A stretch of DNA of 64,000 nt from Isurus oxyrinchus. Its lineage: Eukaryota. Under the pieces are notes generated by a model that searched no databases, was not told the DNA's origin, and saw only the letters and a program-made list of their open reading frames with translations. Numbering within the stretch: the stretch's first letter is position 1; the number at the start of each line of letters is the position of its first letter. Below, piece by piece: positions 1 to 13,349 of this stretch. The DNA lies in contig JANJGN010000034.1 of assembly GCA_026770705.1 (NCBI GenBank), positions 5,580,001-5,644,000 of the forward strand, in the 5' to 3' direction. Made by a program: the position numbers and the translations under genes.

Positions 1-1414
1 AATTTTATAATCAGACGAATCATCAACTTACTGAATGGCAGAGTTGCCTAAAGGGCCGGTGACCTAGTTCTGCTCCTAATACGCGCATGTAAATTCGCAA
101 GAAATGATTTTGTCACAGGGAGAAAATGGCTTCGATCTTCCCAATAATTACTGTGAATACATTTGTGACCAGCCACTTCTTAATTACTGGCAAGCAGTGA
201 AGAGGGTGTGAGTGTTTGTGATGAGGTGAACCTGCGTTTTCTCATTTACATATGTATCCGATAGTAGCTCTGCCGTATGAAATATGCTCAGAGAAGCATG
301 TAAATGAAAGTAAAGAGAGAGAGAGGGATATTTCAGGAAAAAAAAAGATCTGTAGAAAAATGCATTTTGAATTTTTAAAAACACTGTAACTCATGTCAGC
401 ATAAAACATGATACATTTTTCAAAAGAACTACGAAGTGGCTGACACTTTATTTGAAATAGGAAGCTGGAAGTCAATCAGCCTAAGGGCAAAGATTGGGAA
501 ATTATTAGAAATCCTTGTCAGGGATAGACTGAAATAACATTCAGAAAGGCATGGAGTGATCAACATAACCAGAATCGATGAGCTAAATGAAAACCCTATT
601 TGAAGAAGTACATTGAATTGTTTGCTGGGGAAACGGAAAGATATGTTTCAAGTGGCTCAGTGTTAATTGTCAATATGTATTTTCTATGCCATCGGCGTGC
701 AAGAAAGGAGTCGCAATACCCAAATGGTGGCACATAGAAGTATAATCGAAGCTGTGCTATGAATCACAATGAGATCAGTGATATAAGCAGAAGATGGTCG
801 TAGCAGATGGCTGTTTAAAAACAAAACATGGACATGGCTTGTAGAAGAGGTTTGCGTCCTTCTTTTTTTCCGCTTTTGGTTGTTTAATGAAAGACATTTC
901 CTGTATATGTTTTTAGACAATACAAAACCTGGATAGGTACGCATAATGATGAGTGATCTTACATTCTACAGGATCAAAGCAATGTGGTAGATGGAACTCT
1001 AAAGCATATGTCCGGGTCTCATTACTGCTGCTTCCGGGGAGAAGCGAGTGGTGGGAGGGGGAGGGCGGGTGATGGATGTGATTGAAATGGCAGAATATAA
1101 ACAGGTGAATTTTACAGTTAATTGAATCTGATAAGCTGACACTTTTAAGAAAATAACGAGAAATGCAACTCATAGAGCAACACATTTAAGGCCATTTCCT
1201 GAACTTCATATTTCTGGCTTCTTCGAAGTTCCAATACTTGCACACACAAGCACACACTGCAGTCAAGCAACTCACCATGGTTTCTGTCTTTCTCCCTTGA
1301 GGCCCTGAATGTGCGTAATCATGTCTGCATTAATAAACTCTTTGAAGGCTATTTTCCGAAAAGATTCAAACTCCGAAAATTATAATATATTTCACATTCT
1401 CCTCCCTGGTACAG

Positions 1415-1441
1415 AAGAAAGATTGCTGGAAAAAGATATAG
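1415..1441 (+). CDS. Micro-exon 1, class B, 27 nt: (E)ERLLEKDI
   Basis: ttctcctccctggtacag|AAGAAAGATTGCTGGAAAAAGATATAG|gtaaaa; the first residue assumes the upstream exon ends in G. Confidence 0.8.
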   Translation, partial: KKDCWKKI

Positions 1442-1521
1442 GTAAAACACTCGCAATTTAATTTGAGTTGAGGTTTGAAAGAGTTTTTTTATTTACTGAG
1501 CCGAATGAAGCCCTTTTCTAG

Positions 1522-1541
1522 TCAAAACGATTTTGACAAGG
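1522..1541 (+). pseudogene. Frame-broken class C-like micro-exon (20 nt); pseudo-exon or 1-nt assembly error
   Basis: ccttttctag|TCAAAACGATTTTGACAAGG|gtgaaa, 80 nt after a class B exon; one extra A would give a 21-nt exon reading VKNDFDK. Confidence 0.45.
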
Positions 1542-2290
1542 GTGAAATTATTATTTATTTATGTATTTGATTATGTTAATTGAGTAGATGATCTGTAAAT
1601 TTGTTTCAATGAAGTGGAAGTTCCAGACAACCTTTATTCAAAGTATTCATTGTGGGTACAAAGGATATGCAACGTAAAACCTGAACTGATCATTGGCGCA
1701 ATAAAGGCAAGCTTCAGTTCCAATCTATAATTTGTGCTTTTCCCAAAGACATATACGTCTCTTATGGCCTTCTGAAACTCATTCCTAAGACATTCCTAAG
1801 TTAATTACTTACTGATGGTTTATCTTGCCATCCAATCCCAAGTGAGGGGCAAGGAGGAATACGTCTCAAGTCTACCTCCGGCAAAACATGAATTGGTCCG
1901 TTGCTGTGGACATGATTATGATAAGTACTCCAGTCATCTAACCTCCAGAGCTATACCCTCCCACCCCCCCCACCCCCCCAGAATATATTTATTAATAAAC
2001 TAAGTCATGAGTTTAGAACAAAATTTTTTTTGCACTTCAGGTGGTGAGGATATGGTGATAGCTCCATAGGGGAAGTGGAGGACTAGTTGTGAAAGCTATA
2101 TGAAGAGTGAATCTGATTTTTATTAATGGAAGGACATAATGCAAGCATTTACAGAATGTTAAGAAGGAGGAAGCAAATGCGGACGATAAATATTCTTGGA
2201 CAAGATTGACGTAATATCAGATGGCTATGCCGTTCATTTTTTATATGATTATATGTAAATCATCAAAATATTTCTTTACTTGTTTTACAG

Positions 2291-2326
2291 AGCTCGCGAA
2301 AATGAAACATGCCCTCAATGACGCAG
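2291..2326 (+). CDS. Micro-exon 2, class A, 36 nt: ELAKMKHALNDA
   Basis: tttacttgttttacag|AGCTCGCGAAAATGAAACATGCCCTCAATGACGCAG|gtgaag. Confidence 0.88.
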
Positions 2327-3829
2327 GTGAAGAAGGGCCTTTAAGTGCATTTTATATGGAACACGAGTCATATACATTAGTTCCTTAGTAAATCTGTGTT
2401 AATAATTGTCGAGTTGCAACAGATTTGTCATCCGTTCGCCATCTTAACAAGCACACTTCTGACGACCACATGATGTGAAATAAAGCTTACTGAAAGAAAC
2501 GCTCTGTGTATATATAAGTAAAAGGCGGATGTTTGAAAGCGGCACAGGAGCAGAGAGAAAGTCGATGTGCATAGAAAAAAAAACTGAATGTGATAATCCA
2601 TGCATTTGGATTCATGAGGCACAGAGACGTGCGAGGACGCCACTGTGTCTGCCTGAGTTTTGGTGATTGGTGGGGAGGTTGGGGCGTTGGTTTAATTATA
2701 TGATTGGGATTTGGATAATGGTAGAGTAAAGATATAGAAAGGCAAAATATCCTGAAATTTGTACAGCAGAACTTCCTTGATATGTATTTTTTGTTACAAA
2801 TAAAAAGGAAACATTTCTGTGCCTGGTGCTAGAGAATTCATTTCCGCAGTACAGCAAGTTTCATAGTTGTCTTTGATAAGAACGATAAAGGTATTAGAAG
2901 TATTCTATGTGTCGTAGCGTTGAGGAAAGAAAATTAAAACTAAAGCAGCACTCTGCATTGGAAAAGGGTAGAGTTAAGGAGGCTCAAGGAGATCTGATCA
3001 TGGCAAAATGGAAACAATCATGAGAGCAGAAATAAGTTCCAGTCCAGTTATTGACTGTCAGCATCCGTGAAGAGAGAAACAGACTTACAAGGGTTGTGAC
3101 TTATGACCAGAAATCGAAGAATGTTTTGAAAAAAGCAGAACTAGAACAGATGAAGGGATGATAGTTATGGAAGAAATAACATGAATGGTTGCAAAACGGA
3201 TGCCAACAAGATGGAAAGATCAGAAAAGAAAAGGTAACGGTTCCCGACTGAGGAGGAGAGGGATTATGAATGAGGAAGAGAAGGTGGTGAGAAAAAAAAA
3301 AATCAATGGTGCTCATCAGGAGAATTTTAAAACAGGAAACTGCACCAAACACAGCAATTCAAAAGCGATATTGAAGAGGGGGGAACAATGTGACCAAGGG
3401 AGAATGAAATATAAGTTAGCAGATTTCTTAACCCGGTAATTGTCTACATGTAAATAGCCTACGTTTAGTAAGAAGTGGGGAATGCCTATTAGGAGAAATC
3501 GGTTTCTTGGAGGCGTGGGGCAGTGCTTGGACATTCAATGTGCCAGATGTTCTGGTATCAGGAGCACTGATACAACAAACAAAAGTTGTGTTTTCCATTA
3601 GGAGCAATCGGAGGCCCAGACCAGAGCACAGGTGATGCCTTTGGCCAGGAAGGCCACACGTCCAATAGGCTGATTGGCATCCCCTGGACATGGCGGGTCT
3701 GGCTCTTACACTGATGCAACTGTTAGGGACCTGTATTCGATAAATGATATGGAACCAGAGGTTTAACATATTATGATTGCACTCTGGTATATATATTCAT
3801 CTCAGTGCATAATAGTGTCACTGAACCCA

Positions 3830-4885
3830 GTACACAATGTACATGCACTCACACAACCAAGCAACTCACACAAACCATAGTCAACAACACACACACCCGC
3901 AGCCCTGCCTTATCAACCTATCCTACTAACAAGCCAGAACCAATTTCACCGAAATAGACACCCACTGATTCAAACACCCTTGAAACCCCGAAATTTGATC
4001 AGCTACCAAACTCACCCAGCCAGCTGACCGGACATGGGCTCAATATTTCTGGACTGACACTAATATCTACTGAGCCTGCTAAACTCTGTCCTAAACAAAG
4101 TACCCAATAGGTCCAGGATAAAGGCTTGATCTATGAACAACCACCACACAATCAGAATAACCGTTCTTCCTGAACCCGAGCAGCCTAGGGCTGTGCCCCG
4201 ATGGCTTTATCCTCCAATGGTGTGAATACTTCCCAGATCCGAGTGGAGCTCCCTGTGTCCCGATTAACTCATCACCCACCCTCACCCTTCTCCACACAGG
4301 AATATCACTCCAGACTCAGTTCCTGGAAAGTTACGATTCGAATAGCAACACCTGATCATGACTTAATCGGCCTGAAATCACTCGCTATTCTAGCCTAGGC
4401 AATGATCCCACTTAACTCACCAAAGATCCCTCCCTGGCCCCTCAATCACTCAATCATACACTCACAAAACTGTAAGCATACATATTCCGCCTCCCACCTA
4501 TTCAACCACTAGCCAGGACATGGCTACGCACCACTGCCACGGTTGGAATAAAACCTGAACCACACGTGGCCAGCTGGCGACTTGTCTGAAAAGACCTTCT
4601 GACCCCGCCTCACATAATTATGCCTTGACTATGTCCGAAAGCAGCCCACAGAACCAACAAGATTTGCTCCCTTGCCCGTATCCGGCTACCCTTGTCCCTA
4701 CTTTATCTCTGTTGACTGGCCCTGTGACCCTCCGCTCCAACCATTTCGTTACCTACCCACCAGATTACCTACCAAGCCACACTCACTCACATTCAGCCAC
4801 GCAGTAACACACCGACTCATTCACTGAAAGACATTAGCTCCCATCCATTCACTCACTCACCCAGTCAAATACCCATTCACTGACC
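3830..4885. repeat. C/A-rich low-complexity tract with degenerate ACTC/ACCC motifs
   Basis: Strand-biased composition, e.g. actcactcacattcagccac and cattcactcactcacccagtc; no credible ORF. Confidence 0.45.
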
Positions 4886-6105
4886 CACTGAAATCTTTCG
4901 AGTCCCGTAAAGTTCCGACTGAACATAAAATTTATTGTCATAACTAAATTGATGTGCCTTGCGCGTGTTTCTTCTTTAGTGGTGTCCTGTTGCTCTGCTG
5001 TGCTGAAGCATTGTAGAGGCAATTTCTTGAACAATTTCAAAATGGTGATGCAGAAATATTTGCAGTCAGCAGCGATATACCACGACATACAGCCCCCACG
5101 ATCTATTTCTCCCCGACCTCATTAAACCCCTTCACGGCCCAAGGTTTTCCTGAACATCTTACATCCAGCATTATTGATTAATCATTTCCGAAATTCTTTG
5201 CATCAGTTGTTCATTATAGTTTCCGAGGGGAGCAAATGGAGGTATGGATGGATAAGATCGAGAAAGATGTGTTGCTTCCATGACCTTTTTGCTGCACGCA
5301 TGAGGGCACACATATTTATGCCTGTACCAGAAGCACAGGCAACATAAGGAAGGAGGACTTCTACTGAATGTACCGATTTGTAATTACTCTGAAGCCACAA
5401 TGGTACGGAAGGCAGAAGATTAACATAATTTCTCATGCAGTAGTTGCAGTTGAACGTCCAGTTCTGGGCATCATACATTCGATAGAGAAGCAATGCCTCT
5501 GAGAACATTTGTTGACACTTATGAGGCTTGATCTTTCCATAGCTTACTTTAGTTGACATGTGAGACGAGATCATCTATGCTTGTTTTACGATCAGCAATA
5601 AATATTACCGGGAGAGTAATAGCTATAGAAGAGCATGTCATGGTTTGAATGAACACTTGCTGGAAAATTATTTCTGCTGACAAAATCAAGGGAAGCTGGA
5701 GAACACGTTAAATTAATTGCCAAATGTACCAGGGGAAATAAATAGAGGTGTTGTCAGTGCTTTGCAGCTAACAAGCATGAATTAGAATATATCATTTCAA
5801 AAGTCAATGACCCTCTATTCACTCGGAATTTTTAATGGTGAATTAAGAAGCTACTTCAAGGGAAAGCTGTTTCACTTTGCAGAAAGGCCGGGGAAATGAG
5901 TTTATTAGTCAGATAATAAAAAGTTTGAGCACAAGCTCCTATCGGAGAAATCCAGCTTTCAGTGCTGTACCAGGTTATTAAAATATGCTTATATCAATAT
6001 TTGTATCGTGGATCGTCTCCTACTTATCTTCTTCATGTATGGATCATGCATCTTGCTTGTAAAACAAAATATCATTACATTGACATAGCTTGTATTCTTC
6101 CTTAG

Positions 6106-6132
6106 AAGAAAAGTTAGGCCGATGTGCGACAG
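6106..6132 (+). CDS. Micro-exon 3, class B, 27 nt: EEKLGRCAT
   Basis: ttgtattcttccttag|AAGAAAAGTTAGGCCGATGTGCGACAG|gtaaat. Confidence 0.87.
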
Positions 6133-6230
6133 GTAAATGCAGAGAAATTGATGCCCGTGTTCACTCTTACCTTGTCCCATGGACATGATTATCCTGATTA
6201 ATCATTCTGTGCTGAACTTGATTTTCACAG

Positions 6231-6251
6231 TTAAAGGTGGTTCATCAGATG
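6231..6251 (+). CDS. Micro-exon 4, class C, 21 nt: VKGGSSD
   Basis: ttgattttcacag|TTAAAGGTGGTTCATCAGATG|gtgagt; 98-nt intron from exon 3. Confidence 0.85.
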
Positions 6252-7269
6252 GTGAGTATTATTAAATATACTTCTAGCACTTCAAATAAATTACCAATAT
6301 GGATTACCTTTTCACACTTGACAGTTACATCATAATTTTATAAATAATCACAAGACTAATTCGACTTTAGAAGTTGCGTAAGAGATGGTTCAGGTGAGAA
6401 ATGGTAAAAACAAAAAGCTGTACATTACTTGCATCACTACTTTGAATACACTCGTTGACAACAATATGATGAAAGTGCTAGTAGATTCAAGGATTCAAAT
6501 TTGTTAAAAAAATCGATTACTGAATGATGCCATTCTGTTTTCCTTGTTTTCATCTCGAGGGACCACCTTAAATTTTCAATCAATTCGACGTTCCAATTAT
6601 TAACATACATACATCACTCCACAAGGTTTTTTTTAATATTATTGAAAACAAATTCATTTTACTAATACTATATTTCCCATAACGTGACATTTTAAACCCT
6701 AACATCTGAGAAATTTCAGCAGACTCAGTTATGTTTTCTTCATGCAACGTACAATCTCCCCCATAATTTCCAGATCATTCAGTGCGTTTTTACTTCTCCT
6801 TGCTTCAAAACAAGTACACTACTGCTCTTTGCAAATTCCTTTGCTCCTCATTTTCTTTTCCCTGTTTTCTAGGGGATACAGTTCCTTGAGATTCTTCCAC
6901 TATCATTGACCCATTCTACATATTTGAGCACCACAAGATTGCGGAGACATAGTTCATGAATAGACTTCATTTCCTTCTTGGTCAGTGGCATACATGCCTG
7001 ATTATGGCTGTTGGCCGATCTGACAGTACATTCTATTTCGTTTACTCACCACCTACTGCAGACTCAGTCTAGCAGCTATGCTTTAGGACTTGGACAGTTT
7101 GGACAGTATTAATGCCACCAGGCTTACTCTTGGAGATTGACATCGAAGCCTCCCACCCAGAGGATGTGCTGTACCCTAGCCACCATCAGTGATTCCGCCA
7201 CGTGACTTTCAATGTTGAGGAGTGCTGATTGATTAGCTGAAGGAGGGCTGTATGCCATAATCAGGAGAA

Positions 7270-7545
7270 GGATTCCTTGCACATATTTGACTGGAAATTA
7301 AGAAACTTCATCGGGTCCGCAATCGATGTTGAGACCAGGTTAAGGAAGGCAGATTTTCTTTTCTAAGGGGCAGTAATCAACCAGTTATGCTTTAAAACAT
7401 TCGAGAATCGTTTCAATGCCTTCGAATTCTACATTTCGTTGAAATGAAATTCCACCAACTGACTTGGATTTAAACCGGGAGTTCTGCAGATTATTACTCA
7501 GGATCTCTAGTTCACTAGTCCAGCGAAAATACCAATGTCATTGCT
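7270..7545 (-). mobile_element. Degenerate SINE copy
   Basis: Reverse-complement similarity to the copy at about 62295-62595 (gaaggcagattt, ttcactagtccagcg motifs). Confidence 0.55.
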
Positions 7546-7649
7546 TCTTTATCTCTGCTGTATCTGTGATAACGCACGCACACATAAAATATTCACCCAA
7601 AACACTAAATATTGGGCACATTGTAACATATGTGCAGGTTTAGGCCATC

Positions 7650-9065
7650 AGGAACCTTGAGACTGCTTTACCATTGGACTGGATCAAGGCTGTTCTTCAA
7701 TCTCAATAGCAATTTCCCGTAATGTTCACATGTCCCTTCATGTCATCGGTATCTATAAATCTATCAACGCCTGCGTTCAACACTTTCAATGTCTGGGCAT
7801 CCACAAGCCTCTGTGATAGAGAATTCCAAAACTCACCACCCCGTGACAACAGATGTTCCTCGTGATCTCTGTCCTAAGTGGATTAACTAATTTCCTGGAA
7901 TTCGTGTATCAAAATCCATCTGGTTTAAATATTGCAATGAAGTTTGAAAGACGGTTAAACAGGGGGAATATCATTTGTGCACCAATCATATTGAACACGT
8001 AACAATTCATTGCATCCTTTGCTCAGGAGGACAAAAGTTAGAGCAAAATTCACGACGTGGTTTCGCAAAAGCTATATTAAATTGCAGCATGACGTCAATA
8101 TTCCTGCTGGAAATACCGTTGCAATAAAGGCTAGCAAACCATTTGAATTCCAAATTGTGTGTTGCACCTGCTTGTGACTTACGAACAAGAACAACTAGGT
8201 CTCATTGTTCAAATCAAAACTCCCATTCTCTCTCCATGCAAGATGTAATCTGCATCTTTATTTCTCCTACCAATATGCATAACATTACATTGACACTTGT
8301 TATATTCCATCTGCAAAATTTTTGCCACCATATGTAGCCACTCTAAATCTCCAGAAAGCCTCCTTGCATCCTCTACAAAACTCACATTCCCAGGAAGTTT
8401 ATTGTCAACAGTTGATATGAAAATATTACATTTTGCAGGCGCATCCACATCATTGATATCTGTTGTCAATAGCTTGCATCCAAACATAGTTACATGCAGT
8501 GCTCACAATCAGAGCTGCCAACATGCGATTCTTCCTTTTGTATGTACTCTCCTCCTTCTGTCCGATTATAATTCTGAATCCTCCGATATATTTCCCCCAA
8601 ACCCTTGTGCCACAACTTTGCTTACGAACATCCAGTGTGGGACCTTGTCGAAAGACTCCTGAATACCTAAATGCACCACAAAACTGGATTTCCCTAATAA
8701 AAATTGCCAGCAACGTTCTCAAAATACACGGAGAGGTTTGTTAAACATAATTTCCCGTTCGTTAATCCATGCTTACACTGACAGTTTCACCATTGTTTTT
8801 GAAGTGCCCAGTTTATGAGATGTTTATTATATATTTCAGCATTTTTCTTATTCTAATAAATGGCTGACAGGTCTGTAGTTCCTTCCCCCGCCGCCCCCCC
8901 CCCCCCCACACCCACACACACACACACCCCACACCCCCCCTTGCTTATTTAATAGAGGGAGTACGTTTATTAACTTAATATCTGCAAGCACCTTTCCAGA
9001 ATACATGGAGTTTGAATGATGATCGCCACTGCATTCATTATCTCTAAAGTAACCCCTTTCAACAC
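7650..9065 (-). mobile_element. Decayed CR1-type LINE, RT region to 3' end
   Basis: Minus-strand fragments INVLPLLNK...RNYRPVS and KCQCNVMHIGRRN match CR1 ORF2 motifs; frameshifted. Confidence 0.8.
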
Positions 9066-9494
9066 TCAATCACACTCGTCTCTTCGCTCCCTCTAAATCA
9101 CCGAATAGCCTATCTTGATAAAAATGTGAGATCTTCGGGATTCCTCCAAACAGAGAAAAAAAAATCGAGCCGTTTCAAAGCAACCCTTTGAATCTCAGAC
9201 GCCCAGGAATAACATATTTTCCTAAAGTGGTTAACAGCTTTTCTAACAGATTAACTTGCTAAAAAAAACTTACATTTACCTTTACATTTCCTTAATCAGC
9301 AGAACATAAATCAATAATTTAAACTCCAATTCCGTCATCAAAGAATTTGCCGAGATGCCTTGCTGCAAAGTCGCTCCTCTGCAAGGGTCTCACGTAGCCA
9401 GCTATAATCCTTCTATCATCATTCTGGCAACACAAAAAATCCATTTTGAAATTTAATTACCTCAGACCTCCCTACAATTCACTTACATGAGACG

Positions 9495-10095
9495 TTATTT
9501 ATTTTTCTCGTTCACGGGATGAGAGCGGCGCTGGCTCGGACCATATTTATTGTCGATGGTTAACTAACCTTGCAGATATGATGATCAGACACTTTGAACT
9601 TGCACAATACAGTGCTGATAGGAAGGAAATTCCTGCGCTTTGACCAAGCTAAATTGAACGAACTACGACATACTTACATATCAAGATTGTATAATTTATT
9701 GTGGAATGTACAATTGTTGTGTTGTTCCCATTGCATCTGTTACCCTTGTTCTTCTTGGTGGTAGAGTCGAGCGTTTGTAATTTTTTTTCGACAGAAACCT
9801 GGGATGCTCCTGCATTGCATTTTATAGATGGCACACACTGCTGCAACTGTGTTCCAGAGGTGGAGTTATTGAATGTTTAAGCTGGTGGATGGGGTGCCAC
9901 TCAAGCCGAATGCTTTGTCTTGGATGCTGTCGAGCTTCCTGTGTCTAGTTCCAACAGAAGTCATCCAGCCAAACTGAAGTACTTCCAACAGGCTACTGTC
10001 TTGCGCCTTGCAGATGGTGGGCAGGGTTTGTGAAGTAAGGAGATGAGTCTCTCTCCATCGAATGCCAAACCTATATTCTGTTCTTGTGGTGACAG
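9495..10095 (-). mobile_element. 3' fragment of a second LINE family (CR1/L2 group)
   Basis: Minus ORF LLTSQTLPTICKAQ...KLDSIQDKAFGLSGTPST; related copies near 13350, 41335, 43980 and 54254. Confidence 0.75.
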
Positions 10096-10440
10096 TATGG
10101 AACATCCTTACAATCCTTAATGGGCTCCATTTTGCACTTTTACTCAAAGTTGAATCAAAAAAGGAGCACACAATCCACGATGTGCTGGTTAATATATCTG
10201 CAATTGGCTATTTTGTTAATGCCTCCTTAGGCAATAAGTGCATTATGGCACTTGCAGCCCCACGAGTTTTTGAATTGGTCTTATTGTCAACATGATGAAT
10301 AGGGCCATTTGTCCATCTTGCAATCGTGGTGCAGAAATTTGGAGAATCAAGGTCATCCTGCATGCTTATGTTTGTGTTGATCAGTTCAGCCCTCGTTGTA
10401 CTTCAGACAACATCATGAATGGTCATAATACAGCCAACGT

Positions 10441-10587
10441 CGGGGCCTGGCCTAAGTAGCCAAGTGGTTATGTTACTGGGCTTGTAAACCCAAGAGCAAG
10501 AGTTCAACTCTCACAATGGCAAACTATGAAACAATGTAACTTCATCTGAATAAGGACAGATGGAAACGTGTTTGTACTCGAAAGAGT
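10441..10587 (+). mobile_element. Short tRNA-Thr(UGU)-like SINE or retroposed element with 12-bp target-site duplication
   Basis: A-box-like TAGCCAAGTGG, anticodon-arm-like CTGGGCTTGTAAACCCAAG, B-box-like GAGTTCAACTC; flanked by TACAGCCAACGT at 10429-10440 and 10588-10599. Confidence 0.8.
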
Positions 10588-11419
10588 TACAGCCAACGTT
10601 GGTCCTGAAAATTGCCCATTGTACCTGTAATTATCCTGCAAGTGTGAGGTGTCTCAAACCTTTGAGCAACAGGCTGTTATTACACAATATAAACGTGAGT
10701 GGTATTCTCCACGAACAGGATGCTGCAATCAGGCCACAAAACATGTTCTGCCTATTGCAAATGGAGTTGTTTATAAATCGCTGGCTGATGTCATGTCAGG
10801 CATATAGGTCGTATGTCCCAACCATTGACCAATTCTATCAAACAATATGTCCATTCAGCTATTTCAACAGTGAAAATAATGATCGCGCCCAAGCAGCACA
10901 CACTTGCAACACTCAGAACATAGTCTCCACATCCCGTGGCCTGCTAACAATCCTGATTGCACAAAGAATTACACTCAAAACAAATGCGAGATTGTCAGTT
11001 GTTCTCTCTTTGTGTCTCACTTACGCATGATAGAAGCCAAATTTTTCACGAACAGGGCTCTGTCGTTTGCAGAAGGAAAGAAGAGGTGCCGCTTTTTCAT
11101 ATAAACAAAATCTTATGGACCAGTCATTTCCTGGTTCACAGCCCGTGGCAATGACTTGCCCAATCAGGTTCGATCTCTCCGGTTTGCATTTGAAAAAAAA
11201 TCTGGGCCGCTAACTTCTTAATACTGCATACTCCATGGTGAAAATTCCATGTGCCCAGTCCCCAACTAACCAGCTTTCGTTTCTCATGAAGCATAATTAC
11301 CTCTTTCCACTATAGTTTGGTAGTGCCTTCTGATCTACCCAGATGTACGCATGACAAACACTTTTGATGGTATGTCACGGCTGTTCAGCAATACTCAAAT
11401 TAAATATTAACATTCCAAG

Positions 11420-12010
11420 GGGTGTTAAGAAATAACGGAGGGAAGAGGCATGCAGAAATTTTGGGAAAAGGGCCATGCAGTGGACCTAGCAAAAATGTTC
11501 GTTGAAAAAGCTGTCATATACTCCATGGTCTGGAACACCGTCTGATATGCCATCATATTCTCGTACTTTATAAGTCCAGTATACTGAAACTTAAGTTGTA
11601 AAACGTTCACAAAATGTGCACCAGGAAGGATCTGTTTATCTGATAAATGAAAGGCTGACATGGGATGGTATAGTGCATTGGAGCATAGCGAAAATGTCGG
11701 AAGAATACACATCGAGTACACAATTCCACCCGTTAGGAAGAACAAAGTTAGGATAGGTAAATCTTAGATATTCTTTAATAAATCTAATGACATGTTAAGG
11801 ATAACTAGCTGTTCAACAGAAATTAGTTCACAAATTGAATGCCTGTCCTGTGGAACTTAAAGCTAAATGAAGCCAAATGCATCCAAGTGGATCCTCCACA
11901 AGAAATTGAAGGGCAAAATCACAAAGTAGGTTTGGTTAAGGTTACATTGAAGGGAGATTGTAATGGGTATGTAAATGGCATAGGCTAATTAGGCTGTATA
12001 GCTTTTTTTC
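11420..12010 (+). mobile_element. Highly decayed CR1-type 3' remnant
   Basis: ctttataagtccagtatactgaaac...gttcacaa and tggaactta...gaaattg resemble the CR1 ORF2 C-terminal region seen in other copies in this window. Confidence 0.4.
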
Positions 12011-13349
12011 AGGATTGTAACAAAAACTGTTTACTTTGTTTTTGTGTTTAATATTGCAATGAGTCAGTCAGAATTATCAGTTTTTCAATCTTCTCAGGAA
12101 GATTATTTACGTTTTTATTGCCATGATCAATCTCCTTGATTAACTGAAGAATGCATTCTAGCAAATATTCAAATCAAACGAAGCCACGGAATCATTGTAA
12201 TCCATTAAACACTGCTGTTTCGTCCATATGTTTGTTGTGCCTCATGAATGCCTTTGAACTTGCTGATATCGGGAGTGTTCTGGAGTGTACAAAATTATGA
12301 AATCATCAGAATGAATCTAATTATCTCTACTGAAATAAGACTGACAACACATTTTGGGCACTAGCACCGAAGTACTATATACACCAGTCAAGGGCTGTAC
12401 ATCCCGATATTGCGTTCTTTTGAAGTGGACGGAACTAAATATTGTGCACGAAGCTGAAAAACAGGGAATTTCACTGCATCCATTTTACGGTTCTGCTTAA
12501 AATGATTCTATCGAAGGCAGCTATGTAACTATGTCTATTCGGACTGCTGAAACTTTAAAATCCGTTGCTCTCAATTCCAGGGAGGTAACATTTATTGCAT
12601 ATTTTGATCTGAACAAGTTGAATCGCGTCCTCTTCCAAATGTGTGCAAGAACGCTATTTGGAGACACTGGAGTTGGAATTCGGCAAATAATGGCATTCAT
12701 AAGGGCCGGCGATTCATCATCAGCCAAGTATACATGACGTAATTATTTTCAGTTGACATCTTCCCCCGTAAACAGCATCAGGGGGCCGAATACCTGAATA
12801 TCCTCTTTCTACGTTTAATGACTGACATAGGTATAAATGGCCCTGAACTACTCCATCACGTGTTCAACATATTCACTCGATGCCTTTGAACAATATCTGC
12901 AGGAAGAGCAATTGACGTTTCTTTTTATTTCCGAACAACATTTTTTCAGTTTGACAGATATTAAATTGTACTTTAACATTAAAAACAAAGTTAACTTCTA
13001 TAAATTACAAGCACTGGACAGCTTTGCAGTATCAGGGAGTCACACCCGCATCAGAGGGAACAAGGAGCAAATGAACCACTGGGGAAAGTTATTTATGTAT
13101 CCCGTAATTATCGTTTAAACGTCAATTGTGAACAAACAATATAAGCAAGGCTTCACAGCATTCATTGAAACATGATAAAAATACATACGACCCAACGATT
13201 TCAAAATTCCAAACATAATTCCAGAAATGTTTTAAAGACATCAATGAAAACGACGTGTTCTAAAAGCAGAGAGCACACTCATAGGGATCAAGCGAAAAAT
13301 TGCTTTCCTGATTGAATGTCGCCGGTAGGTTGCTGGATGTAATGGTTGT

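Noticed and set aside
10449-10522. Functional tRNA-Thr gene
   Set aside because: Acceptor and anticodon stems pair imperfectly, no oligo-T terminator follows, and it sits between target-site duplications.
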